From a virus, in the IMG/VR virus record IMGVR_UViG_3300044655_002046: DNA of 64,000 nucleotides; one strand, written 5' to 3'. Made by a program: the position numbers and the translations under genes. How positions within the stretch are numbered: position 1 is the stretch's first letter; each line of letters begins with the position of its first letter. This document shows positions 8,580 through 17,944 of the stretch, piece by piece. A model generated the notes under the pieces. The model made no database searches. It saw only the letters and a list, made by a program, of their open reading frames with translations, and had not been told where the DNA came from.

Positions 8580-9476
8580 ATGAACGCTACACCACACACA
8601 ATAATATCTAGACAGGGCGTCGAACAGAATAGAAGACAGTTTAAAGAACAACCCTTCGGGGAAGATTTGGGCAACGACATAACCTTAGAAATGGTTGCTA
8701 TCCCAGGGGGAACTTTCCTGATGGGTTCACCGCCAAATGAGAAATATAGTTTTGATGATGAACACCCTCAACATCAAGTAAGTGTCCCACCCTTTTTCAT
8801 GGGTAAATACCCCATCACTCAGGCTCAGTGGAAAGAGGTTGCCTCTCGCACAGATTTAAAAGTTGAAAGAGACCTTGATCTCAACCCAGCCTATTTTAAA
8901 GACCGTCCCGATAGTGATCGCCGCCCCGTAGAACAAGTCAACTGGTACGATGCCGTTGAATTTTGTGCGAGATTATCGATACTGACGGGAAGGGAATACC
9001 GACTACCGAGTGAAGCGGAATGGGAATACGCTTGTCGTGCTGGAACTACTACCCCATTCTACTTTGGGGAAACCATTACGGGGGAATTGGCTAACTATGA
9101 CGCCAGCGAAACAACTCCCGTGGGACAATTTCCCCCCAATGCCTTCGGACTGTACGATATGCACGGCAATGTCTGGGAATGGTGCGCTGATACTTGGCAT
9201 GATAACTATGACGGTGCGCCTAGTGACGGTAGCGTTTGGCTTGATAATAATCAAGAGGAAAATATTGATGCTGAAAATAGTCTAGAATCTACTGAAAAAG
9301 CAGATTCGGCAGACTCACTGCAAGACGAGAATAATCTATATTCTGTCATGCGGGGCGGTTCCTGGGGCAACAATCTTAATCTCTGCCGTTCCGCGATTCG
9401 CTACGACACCTACCGCCGCGTCAACCGCTACTTCCTTAACGGTTTTCGAGTAGTCTGCGACGGAAGAACTCTCTAA
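8580..9476 (+). CDS. FGE-sulfatase (C-type lectin fold) protein, DGR-target-like #1
   Basis: [51 protein letters not shown]...CRSA.R...GFRVV; VR-like segment 9351-9459. Confidence 0.92.
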   Translation: MNATPHTIISRQGVEQNRRQFKEQPFGEDLGNDITLEMVAIPGGTFLMGSPPNEKYSFDDEHPQHQVSVPPFFMGKYPITQAQWKEVASRTDLKVERDLDLNPAYFKDRPDSDRRPVEQVNWYDAVEFCARLSILTGREYRLPSEAEWEYACRAGTTTPFYFGETITGELANYDASETTPVGQFPPNAFGLYDMHGNVWEWCADTWHDNYDGAPSDGSVWLDNNQEENIDAENSLESTEKADSADSLQDENNLYSVMRGGSWGNNLNLCRSAIRYDTYRRVNRYFLNGFRVVCDGRTL

Positions 9477-9575
9477 CCCTTTTTCTTGATGGAATAATAA
9501 TCAGCCGACCTTATCAGAGGTCGGCTGAGCCCTCTACTAGTAGAAGACGTATATACCGTACTACAGAGATTAAAA

Positions 9576-9938
9576 ATGATCGTTAACGCCACGCCTGATG
9601 TAATCACTCTCGTCTCTAGACAGGGGATCGAGCAAGACTCCAAGAACCAGTTTCTCGCTGAAACTGTTGAAATTCTCGAAGAGATCCCTCCGTCGGGGAT
9701 TCTCCCACGAGTTTCAATAGTCACGGGGGAAATCGATGGTATTGCCATCGAGTCCATTGTTTACGGGGAGATCGAGAAATTACCTAAATATCAAGAAGGA
9801 ATTTATTACATCGTGTTAGAGTTGGTGGCCGCGGCGGCCACTAAGATAGGTCGCACGGACTGCCTTGCCCCTGGAGGGTTAGTACGAGATAAATCTACTG
9901 GGACTGTTTTAGGGTGCCTGTTTTTACAAAAGCTCTAG
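9576..9938 (+). CDS. Conserved viral hypothetical protein (NxTP...PSG..RV...LP...IV...R.D..P..VR...G..GC type)
   Basis: 120-aa ORF; leader and N-terminus are paralogous to those of 8580..9476. Confidence 0.7.
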   Translation: MIVNATPDVITLVSRQGIEQDSKNQFLAETVEILEEIPPSGILPRVSIVTGEIDGIAIESIVYGEIEKLPKYQEGIYYIVLELVAAAATKIGRTDCLAPGGLVRDKSTGTVLGCLFLQKL

Positions 9939-9984
9939 ATTAGTTATCAGTTACCAGACAAATTACTTATCTAGGAGCAAAAAA

Positions 9985-10185
9985 ATGTCGTATCAAGATG
10001 AATTAATGAAAGATTGGGACATTGAAAGACAAGTACAAGCCTTAGAGGTAGTAGCTTGTGAGTATCCTCTTATTGCTGGATATAACCAAGAAGAGTTATT
10101 GCAGTTTGCAAAAACCGACAAAGATGCTTTTGACCTTTTTGCGGCGATAAAAATGGACACAGCAATTAAAAAATATGAAATGTAA
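9985..10185 (+). CDS. Hypothetical protein
   Basis: 66-aa ORF with AGGAG RBS. Confidence 0.6.
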   Translation: MSYQDELMKDWDIERQVQALEVVACEYPLIAGYNQEELLQFAKTDKDAFDLFAAIKMDTAIKKYEM

Positions 10186-10243
10186 TTAGCTGTCAGTTAT
10201 CGGTTATCGGTTATCAGTAAGCAAAACTATTAGGAGTAAGGCA

Positions 10244-10801
10244 ATGATTGAGATTGAAATGGTAGAGATTCCTGATGCAAGTTTTGCAATTGGGAAATAC
10301 CCAATAACTCAAGCGCAGTATGAAGCGGTAATGGAAACTAATCCATCTTGGTTTAAAAACAATCCCCAAAATCCTGTAGAAAATCTTTGTTGGTACGACG
10401 CTCGATCTTTTTGTCAGAAATTAAGTCAAATAACGGGCAACCTCTATCGCCTACCTTCTAATACAGAATGGGAATACGCGTGCCGTGCTGGTACTAACAC
10501 TCGCTTTTATTTCGGTGATGATGCTAATCAGTTAGGAGATTACGCTTGGTATTACGACAATTCTCAGAAGACAACTCATCCTGTTGGATTAAAAGTTCCC
10601 AATGCTTGGGGACTTTATGATATGCACGGCAATGTCTGGGAAATGACTCAAGAAGCCAAATTGCGGGGCGGTTCTTGGTACAGCGATCCGGATTACTGCT
10701 ATTCCGCTTATTATATCGTCCTCGCACGATTAGCAGAAAGCATAGGTTTTCGAATAGTTCGCGATTATAACAACTTGGGTGGATATAGGACAATTCTCTA
10801 A
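10244..10801 (+). CDS. Minimal FGE-sulfatase protein, DGR-target-like #2 (most diverged)
   Basis: [44 protein letters not shown]...GFRIV. Confidence 0.9.
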   Translation: MIEIEMVEIPDASFAIGKYPITQAQYEAVMETNPSWFKNNPQNPVENLCWYDARSFCQKLSQITGNLYRLPSNTEWEYACRAGTNTRFYFGDDANQLGDYAWYYDNSQKTTHPVGLKVPNAWGLYDMHGNVWEMTQEAKLRGGSWYSDPDYCYSAYYIVLARLAESIGFRIVRDYNNLGGYRTIL

Positions 10802-11000
10802 AACTGACAGAACCGCAAGAATTAGACTGGTACGAAACAATTTATCCGTTTCGATATTCAGGGGGCATCCATTATTTTATTCAAAAGAATCAAGGATGGA
10901 TAATAGATGAAATTGCTGTTTTTAAACACGTAGAAAAGTAATTGGTTATCAGTTATCAGTTATCAGTAATCAATATTTAATCGTATCAACAGAAGATATT

Positions 11001-11366
11001 ATGATGTCATTTGAAGAGCTTCAGAGTGTTGTATCAGCAGAAAAACAACTGCTATCATTTGAAGAGTTTCAGAACCAGGTCTTAGAGGCATTTAAATGCA
11101 CCAAAGAAGAGTGTGAGTTTTGGGATTCTTCTTATTATTTCTCGGCATTAATTAATTACACTAATGGCCATTATTTATTCTTTAGAGTCAGATATGTAAC
11201 AAACCCTGAAAACTATAATTATGGTCGTTGGATCGTTATAAAAGAATACGACAAAGCTTGTAGAGACATTTCAGATTCTTTGATGCAAGCAATAAAAGTT
11301 GTTGCACAAAAAACAAAAGAAAGCATCAAGGAAGAAAATGCTATCTTTGAAAAAATAGAAAAGTAA
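11001..11366 (+). CDS. Hypothetical protein, paralog of 11419..11784
   Basis: MxSFEELQ..VSAEKQLLSF.EFQ N-terminus shared with neighbour; near-identical leaders. Confidence 0.75.
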   Translation: MMSFEELQSVVSAEKQLLSFEEFQNQVLEAFKCTKEECEFWDSSYYFSALINYTNGHYLFFRVRYVTNPENYNYGRWIVIKEYDKACRDISDSLMQAIKVVAQKTKESIKEENAIFEKIEK

Positions 11367-11418
11367 TTAGTTATCAGTTATCAGTAATCAGGATTTAATC
11401 GTATCAACAGGAGATATT

Positions 11419-11784
11419 ATGCTGTCATTTGAGGAGCTTCAGAATAGCGTATCAGCAGAGAAACAACTGCTGTCATTTAAAGAATTTCAGAGTCAGGTCT
11501 TAGGGACATTTAATACCTCTAAAGAAGAATGTGATTTCTCTCCTTTATCATATGCCTTCTTAGCAGAAGTCAGCTACCATAAATACCAATGGTTACAATT
11601 TGAGGTTAGATACATAACAGACCCTGAAAACTGTTACTATGGCCAATGGATTTGTGTTAAAAGGTACAATAAGGCCTGTAAGACTATTTCGGATTCCTTA
11701 AATCAAGGAATAAAGGCCCTTGAGCGGCAGACAGAGGAGAGCATCAAGGAAGAAATCGGTGCTTTTAAACGCTTAGAGAATTAA
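11419..11784 (+). CDS. Hypothetical protein, tandem paralog of 11001..11366
   Basis: Same length (121 aa) and clearly alignable. Confidence 0.75.
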   Translation: MLSFEELQNSVSAEKQLLSFKEFQSQVLGTFNTSKEECDFSPLSYAFLAEVSYHKYQWLQFEVRYITDPENCYYGQWICVKRYNKACKTISDSLNQGIKALERQTEESIKEEIGAFKRLEN

Positions 11785-11914
11785 TCGGTTAGTAAAACTT
11801 ATTAGGAGTAAAACAATGAGCTAAAGATCAGGATCCATGTATGGGTCAACTCAGTGATGGGCACTACTACTGGGGAACCCCAGTAGTCCAATCCGAGTTG
11901 AAGAAAGTACCGTC

Positions 11915-12601
11915 TTGGGTACGGGAAAAGGAAGTATATTCCGTAGAAGAGTGTACCCGATGGAAAGAAGACCCTACGTAAGTAGCTTAATATTCTATGT
12001 AGTAGTACTGGCCGGCGCAGCTGCATTCGCTGGCGTAGCATTTAACCTATCGAAGGCAAGACCCTCTATTTGTGGTGCTAATAATGGCGCTAAGGTAACA
12101 GACCGCGTCAAGGTGATCACATCCACTGATCCCCTGTTAGTAGTTAACAAACCCGGTTGTTACGTATATGTACCCGTAGATGGGGCGCCGCCTGCAGTAG
12201 GCGAGCGGTTAACTATACGAGGTAGTATCAAGAATGGTAAGCTAGATGGCACCTATCGCCGTACTTATCTAGACTACGATAGCGAGAGTAGCCCTAGGCT
12301 CAAGAAGCGGTTCCTCCGGATAGAGGAGCCCCTACAAGAGACCGCGCCCGGTTACTATGCTATAACTAACCTCAGCCTACGCGTCGATGAGCTCGACGTA
12401 CGGGCTGTCCGCAATGCGCTACAACACGGCAGTGTCGTATACGCCATTATCGAGTGGGACCAGGGCATAGTGTATAGTATGACCCTGGTTAACGAGACTG
12501 AGTTCAATAGGGCAATGAATGCTAGATACAATACTCACCCTTATACTAGGAGAGGGGCCCCCGCCCATACCAGTGGGCCTATGCGATATAAGGCTCCATA
12601 A
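11915..12601 (+). CDS. Hypothetical membrane-anchored protein
   Basis: Hydrophobic stretch LIFYVVVLAGAAAFAGVAF; start uncertain. Confidence 0.6.
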   Translation: MGTGKGSIFRRRVYPMERRPYVSSLIFYVVVLAGAAAFAGVAFNLSKARPSICGANNGAKVTDRVKVITSTDPLLVVNKPGCYVYVPVDGAPPAVGERLTIRGSIKNGKLDGTYRRTYLDYDSESSPRLKKRFLRIEEPLQETAPGYYAITNLSLRVDELDVRAVRNALQHGSVVYAIIEWDQGIVYSMTLVNETEFNRAMNARYNTHPYTRRGAPAHTSGPMRYKAP

Positions 12602-12818
12602 TGGCGCCTACGTGATAATTAGAAGGGCCTGGGTTAATAGCACTACATACTCTAACCCTCTCCTACCCGACCATGCCTATGCCGTTCTACACGAGGACGC
12701 AGGCACTAGCAGATGCAGCGTACTTATATCAATTAAAGGAGTACGCAGCCGTAGGTTTATACGGATAACGGGTAAAGTTAGTAACGGCACGTTAATTAAC
12801 ATTAAAGTATTACCCTAG
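12519..12818 (+). CDS. Hypothetical protein
   Basis: 99-aa ORF, start uncertain, overlaps upstream gene. Confidence 0.4.
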   Translation: MLDTILTLILGEGPPPIPVGLCDIRLHNGAYVIIRRAWVNSTTYSNPLLPDHAYAVLHEDAGTSRCSVLISIKGVRSRRFIRITGKVSNGTLINIKVLP

Positions 12819-12831
12819 GCAGGTAAGTCGC

Positions 12832-13884
12832 ATGATAACAATGCTCATATTAGGGGCGCTGGCCCTCATAGTATCTCTGATACCATATCTGAGTATTGAG
12901 ATACTGCTAATGGCCCTTATGCCGCTTATTAGCGGCGATAACGCGATGGGCGTATTAGCTATAGTGATAATTGGCACTATAACCAGTGAGGCCCGCATGA
13001 GTAACCCGGCCTTTACTGGTATGCGAGTAGTTACCGCTACTAGCGGATATGACGCATCGGCTTCGCTGCTAATACGCATCAGCAGCCTAATCGGCGGCAT
13101 AGTAGCCAGTCTGGGCATAATAGTTATGGACCAATACCTCAGTGTATCTCATATGTGGATAACGCCATTAATGATGGCTATCTTCATATTAGTGCAGTGC
13201 TGGGGCCGCGCCAAGATGGTAGGTCTAGCTGTTATCACGGCTATCTTCCTGTGGTTCCTGCATAGTCAACCCCACGCCACTACTATCCTGGGTATGGGGG
13301 GCTACGTTATGGCCAGCCTAATATGCCCTGCTAGACGTAAGACTGAGGAGGACTGTAAGACGAGCAATGCACTGGGCATCACTATGTCACTAGGACCATT
13401 CTTCGCTATTGGGTTACCTGTAGCCGCAGCCGCCCCCGATGGTAAGACTGAGTCTTATCTCGAAGCGGTTGTGCGGGGCATATCACTAGGGCTAGTCATG
13501 TTAGGTAATAGTAGCGGGCGAGATGCCATGAGTTCCTATCTAGCCCTAACGGATGTAAACCAGTTGAATTGGCCTGCCTTCGTCGGCGCAGTAGTGTTAC
13601 TGACGCCCCTATTCTTATCAGCCTATTGGCTGACCATCTGGATGATAAGGAGCGCTATATGGCAGCGCTGGTTACACGCCGGCCCCACTCGCCTTATCAA
13701 TCTAGGTGTAACGGCGGCCGCGCTGGTCGTGCTGATAACATCAGCTCACGTTAGTGTTATATTCCTACCGGGGGCCGTATGTCTAGGACTGATGTATATG
13801 GTAGGGGAGCTATCAGGGGTAGATAAGATGCTACCCTTCCCCATACTAATAGTCGTCAGTTATATAAGCCAATGGGTCTCCTAG
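12832..13884 (+). CDS. Polytopic membrane protein, possibly TctA/DUF112-like
   Basis: About 9-10 hydrophobic segments; IVSLIPYL and ISSLIGG weakly resemble TctA motifs. Confidence 0.6.
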   Translation: MITMLILGALALIVSLIPYLSIEILLMALMPLISGDNAMGVLAIVIIGTITSEARMSNPAFTGMRVVTATSGYDASASLLIRISSLIGGIVASLGIIVMDQYLSVSHMWITPLMMAIFILVQCWGRAKMVGLAVITAIFLWFLHSQPHATTILGMGGYVMASLICPARRKTEEDCKTSNALGITMSLGPFFAIGLPVAAAAPDGKTESYLEAVVRGISLGLVMLGNSSGRDAMSSYLALTDVNQLNWPAFVGAVVLLTPLFLSAYWLTIWMIRSAIWQRWLHAGPTRLINLGVTAAALVVLITSAHVSVIFLPGAVCLGLMYMVGELSGVDKMLPFPILIVVSYISQWVS

Positions 13885-14459
13885 TGCCCCCTGTAGAATT
13901 ATTTGATCGTGATTCTATCAGCTATCAGCAAACAATGATTAATAGGAGTAAAACAATGGTAAATGAAAAAATGCTAATGGGTCGTGATGATTTATTAGAA
14001 GAATCAAGAAAAACACAAAAAGTTAGAATAGCGTGGCGTCATTCTAAACTTGAACTAGCAGAACATATAAATCGTGAAAAAGAATTATCTGGACACGGAG
14101 AGTGGTTTGATTATAGCGAAATAGCTATTCTTGAAGCTTGGATTCGTAGAATGAATAAGGAGCATGACGACATATTCTATTATCTTCAATTTTGTGAGAA
14201 AACATCGACTGCACCGGAGAGCAATATGGAGCCTATAGAACTAGATGCGCGTTACGTGGCGTATCTATCACTGTACATGTTTATGGTGGCTGTGCTGGTC
14301 ATCACGCATAGTGTAGCGGTATTACTAGTAGTAATATTCCTGGCCCGCGCGCTCTACCTGAGCGGTAATAAGCAGAGTACGGCACGCATCATTGTATCTC
14401 GTAGTGGTATAAAGAGCCGCGTAGGTAGCTCAATTTACTGGGAGGTAGGGAATGCCTGA
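13872..14459 (+). CDS. Chimeric hypothetical protein (AT-rich insert fused to a hydrophobic C-terminus)
   Basis: Composition shift at about 13890-14200; internal AGGAGTAAAACAATG start signal like those in the accessory arrays. Confidence 0.5.
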   Translation: MGLLVPPVELFDRDSISYQQTMINRSKTMVNEKMLMGRDDLLEESRKTQKVRIAWRHSKLELAEHINREKELSGHGEWFDYSEIAILEAWIRRMNKEHDDIFYYLQFCEKTSTAPESNMEPIELDARYVAYLSLYMFMVAVLVITHSVAVLLVVIFLARALYLSGNKQSTARIIVSRSGIKSRVGSSIYWEVGNA

Positions 14460-14684
14460 TTATCCAATTTATCTATATAGCCTGGCAATTAAACCACGCC
14501 ATCGAGAGCTAGTAGTCAGGGTGTACTTTGCATACCCGCAGATGATGAAGGCCCCCGCGGGGGGAACGAGCCGTCAAGTATGGCCATACCACGGAGCCCG
14601 CCGCATAGAAGAGTGGCCCTCTACCTAGTAGGTAGCCATCAAATAAGCAGGTATCATCCCATCAAATAATTAAGCAGGACTACC

Positions 14685-15227
14685 ATGAAACTAAGAATCA
14701 AATTAACCCGTTCGAATGCAACCAAACAAGTTACATTTACGACTAGCCGCAACGGCAACGCCGTGTTAACTGGAACTTGCGTTGGAGCGCAAGACTATCA
14801 GTTGAAGCTATCAAACGGCGGTTATGTCGACGCCAGTGAGCTAGCTGTCGATCTAACTGTCAATCTAGTAATCAGTCACAATAGCGCTAAAGATGCCGCC
14901 GAGGATGTAGCCAGGGCCTATAGTAAGTATGGAAATGGAAGTCCATTCATTGTAATGGTGGTTGAGAGTCTAACCAAAAAGCCCACGGCTGAGGGCAATA
15001 TTATAATCATGGAGAATGATGTAATCTCAATTGAATATGAGAGCTACGAGAGTGATACTACCATCACGAGCGAGGATGAGTTGAAAGCCCTCTTCAAGAA
15101 GGGGGTAGGAGCATCCTCAGTAGGGGCCCCAGTAACGGGAGGTAATCGAGCAGCGTGTGAAGCAAGCACTCCTGAGGTAAGAGTCCCCAGCTATTTCAAC
15201 CGTAAGGTAACTCTCCAGGAGAGATAA
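14685..15227 (+). CDS. Hypothetical protein
   Basis: 180-aa ORF with AGGA RBS; beta-rich N-terminal part. Confidence 0.7.
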   Translation: MKLRIKLTRSNATKQVTFTTSRNGNAVLTGTCVGAQDYQLKLSNGGYVDASELAVDLTVNLVISHNSAKDAAEDVARAYSKYGNGSPFIVMVVESLTKKPTAEGNIIIMENDVISIEYESYESDTTITSEDELKALFKKGVGASSVGAPVTGGNRAACEASTPEVRVPSYFNRKVTLQER

Positions 15228-15299
15228 AGAGCTAGAGTAGCCTAGCCATCAATTACACGGCCCGCCGCTACTAGCGGGCCTCAGAGAGCGCGTAATAGA

Positions 15300-15710
15300 T
15301 TGAGTAAATTAAACATAGCACTAGAATGGATAGCAGATTGGTTAGAGGAATATAGCCCGGCCCATCTCCCCATTCTAATGCGATACGCCTTACTAGAGAG
15401 ATACACATTAGTGAGGGCTCGGGAGATGGGGCACGATATTAATATATGTACGACAGCGTTCAAGAGTCTATGGATAGAGGCCAATGATGAGGGGATACAG
15501 ATAGCGAGATTACTGAGGAGGTATCTAGAGGGAGGAGGGAAGGTATTGTACTTCCGAGAGAGGCCCGAGTTAGTAGAAGCGATGAGCTACTTCATGGCCC
15601 TAGGAGATATAGAATACTTCCGAGGACTAGACGATAAGATAATGAAGGCGGCTGCAGAGAGAGCAGCGAGAGCAAGCAGTACAAGACTAAATAAATCATA
15701 TGCAAACTAA
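15300..15710 (+). CDS. Hypothetical protein, possible divergent ferritin-like helical bundle
   Basis: EANDEGIQIARLLRRYLEGGGKV loosely resembles ferritin EE..HA..L..Y...RGG.V. Confidence 0.5.
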   Translation: MSKLNIALEWIADWLEEYSPAHLPILMRYALLERYTLVRAREMGHDINICTTAFKSLWIEANDEGIQIARLLRRYLEGGGKVLYFRERPELVEAMSYFMALGDIEYFRGLDDKIMKAAAERAARASSTRLNKSYAN

Positions 15711-15942
15711 ATATACAATACGAGCCACAGATGGCAGGTACCTAGCCCCCATTACTATAGAGGAGGCAGAGGAGCTAGAGAGGAGTGGCATAATCAGGCC
15801 AGATGGAGAGGGGGGTTATATCATGGTAGCAGACAGCGCGTTTGCCGTCAGTCAGTACGTGATGTATTGTTGTCAGGACTTATGTGATGACCTATTCGAG
15901 GAGGCGGGGCCCGTCGTAATTGAGAGAACAGCTTCAAGATAG
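15700..15942 (+). CDS. Hypothetical protein
   Basis: 80-aa ORF overlapping the previous stop. Confidence 0.55.
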   Translation: MQTKYTIRATDGRYLAPITIEEAEELERSGIIRPDGEGGYIMVADSAFAVSQYVMYCCQDLCDDLFEEAGPVVIERTASR

Positions 15943-15967
15943 GTGCGTGCAACAGCGTGCAACAGCA

Positions 15968-16654
15968 TCACGCGCAGGCGGCCCGCTCCCTCCTGAAGAT
16001 ATCAAGTAGGGGATCGATAGTAGATCTAAGGCCAGCCAAGAGATGGCGAGCTGCATTCTGAGGGAGGGCCCGCCACCAGCGCTGCACCTTCTCCTGAGCC
16101 CAATCGAGGCCCAATCGTGTCATAGTGCGCTGTAGTGTGAGCTCAAGCAGGTGGGTGAACTGAGCGAAGGGGCGTATATCGCCACTATCGGTACCATAGT
16201 GCACTACCCACTGAGCGGGGTCAGCGATAACCTCAGGATTCTGAGTAGCGTGGGCCAGGAGCTTATTCTCGATAGGGCTCACGTACCAGAGATTACCATA
16301 GTCGTTGTTAGAGGTATCACCATCGAGGTGATGTACTTCCATGAGGCCCGCGCGGCAGACCTCACCACGGCGTTCTCGTCTCCAACCAGCGGCGGGCCGC
16401 CTATCAATGTAGAGAACTATCTGGTGAACATATACCAACTCCTTACGGACGTTAGAGCAATGGAACACGAAGAAGCGGCACTGCTCGAGATAGTCGAATA
16501 GTCGCTTGTTCTCCTTAGCGAGAACGTACTGGTAGCCACTGGCGTTGGTACGAATAGTGGCAGCCGCGAGATAACGGCGGGCCCCACCTAGCATAATATG
16601 CATAGCGTGGTAAGATGGGCGAGGTTCGAATCCGCTACTTGATTTTAGTTCCAT
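15968..16654 (-). CDS. HNH endonuclease
   Basis: VHQIV...EVHHLDGDTSNNDYGNLWYVSPIEN; true start probably near 16600. Confidence 0.8.
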   Translation of the reverse strand: MELKSSSGFEPRPSYHAMHIMLGGARRYLAAATIRTNASGYQYVLAKENKRLFDYLEQCRFFVFHCSNVRKELVYVHQIVLYIDRRPAAGWRRERRGEVCRAGLMEVHHLDGDTSNNDYGNLWYVSPIENKLLAHATQNPEVIADPAQWVVHYGTDSGDIRPFAQFTHLLELTLQRTMTRLGLDWAQEKVQRWWRALPQNAARHLLAGLRSTIDPLLDIFRRERAACA

Positions 16655-16696
16655 GTGCCTCCATGTGTTATAATAGAGAGGTTTTCATGTGTAATT

Positions 16697-17020
16697 ATGC
16701 CGGGCAGCCCCCACGAGATGGGCTCCCGGCATTTACTTATCCCTGGGGACGGCCCCTCCTCGATCCCCCTCCATCGGAGGCCGGGGAAGGGGGAAGGGGG
16801 AAGGGGGGCCCCAGAGATAAGTAAATGAAAATGCCCTACAGATGCATATCCCCCCTCCATCGGAGGCCGGGACGCCATCTATAGGGCATTTGATTATCCG
16901 TTGATCGCGGATCCCCCCCTCCATCGGAGGCCGGGGTCACAATCTAGGGATAGGTTCAACCTACTGGCCAGATATTCAGTAGGTCTAGATCATGCTCACT
17001 GACCAGATATTCAGTGAGCA
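16697..17020. repeat. Six consecutive hairpins: three present the same CCCCCTCCATCGGAGGCCGGG unit and two share a CCAGATATT loop
   Basis: Core repeat at about 16764, 16849 and 16911 sits inside different outer stems (ATTTACTTATC..GATAAGTAAAT; AAATGCCCTACAGATG..CATCTATAGGGCATTT). CTACTG-gCCAGATATT-CAGTAG and GCTCACTG-aCCAGATATT-CAGTGAGC. Confidence 0.8.
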
Positions 17021-17273
17021 CTAGCATATATACATTATACATCGAAATTATCGTCGTGGCAATAATGCCGATGTACTAATTAGCGAGGAAGGCCCGGGCT
17101 CTAGGAGGTAATTACCGTTACCTAGTACAACCCTCGATGGCCATAAGTGGTGCTATCTGGGCGCCGGCCGCATCTCTGTGAAGGGGGGTGATTATTAAGG
17201 CTAATTTTGTGGATATGCTAGCAAGATGGGCCTAAATAGTCTAGCGGCCGCATCTCTATAATCCAATACATCC

Positions 17274-17302
17274 ATTATACCACGCCCCTGCAGTGGTGTC
17301 AA
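17274..17302 (-). promoter_or_regulatory. Consensus sigma70 promoter
   Basis: Minus strand TTGACA-17 nt-TATAAT (plus strand ATTATA 17274-79, TGTCAA 17297-302), pointing into the hairpin array and HNH gene. Confidence 0.75.
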
Positions 17303-17712
17303 CCCCAATATTGAGTAGTCAACTAACATATGGCCCGCGCCGTGGGCGGTATGACGGTACGCGGTCGGTGTAGCTCAGCATTGAGGTCATACTGTCACGA
17401 TGGTGTGCCCTACTACGGTATAAGGAACCGGGGTATAAGCGCAGCTACTGTCATATACCAATGCATATGGGGCCCGCGATGTTATAACACAGTGGGCCCT
17501 GCGGTAGAGGGGGGCCCGCTCTATAATCAGGCGGCCCCTTCCCTCCTCGTGGACTATCAATATAACAGCCCCCTTATAACCACTCCCATAAGAGCGAGGG
17601 GCAGAGCAGGTATAGAACAGGGACTATCCGCGGGCCCCAATGAGAATAATGCGCACAATAGTGCCATACGATAGTCTAGGCGGCCAAATGATAGTATATA
17701 TGTGCCAATATA

Positions 17713-17943
17713 ATGGAACAGCTGATGAATAATGAGAGCAATGCTATAGATTACGCTAAGGCGCGACTAGATGCACACGGCATACCCTGGGCGCCTATCA
17801 GCGATGAGTGTCTCCGCATCATAGTGGGAGAGCGCTCCTACTACTACCTGCGCCGGAGGAATTGGCGGGCCAGAGGGAGTAATAAGGAATATAATATACA
17901 CTCTATCGACCACCTAATAAAATTCCTCTCCAGGATCCCTTAA
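17713..17943 (+). CDS. Small hypothetical protein, paralog of the 18474 locus
   Basis: DYAK..LD.HGI.W...YYY..R.WRA..SNKEY.I.SID.LI. Confidence 0.7.
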   Translation: MEQLMNNESNAIDYAKARLDAHGIPWAPISDECLRIIVGERSYYYLRRRNWRARGSNKEYNIHSIDHLIKFLSRIP

Positions 17944-17944
17944 T

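Noticed and set aside
8580-9476. FGE genes as true formylglycine-generating enzymes
   Set aside because: The catalytic Cys pair context is not conserved and the C-terminal region is hypervariable; a CLec-type binding role fits better
16600-16650. GGTTCGAATCC T-loop-like sequence as a third tRNA
   Set aside because: No convincing T-stem, anticodon arm or acceptor stem could be built
16763-16935. Three repeats as a CRISPR array
   Set aside because: Spacers are unequal (about 60 and 40 nt) and self-complementary around the repeat, and there is no cas gene; better explained as nested hairpins
17330-17674. 114-aa ORF in the non-coding region
   Set aside because: No RBS, atypical composition and no motifs; cannot be supported as a gene
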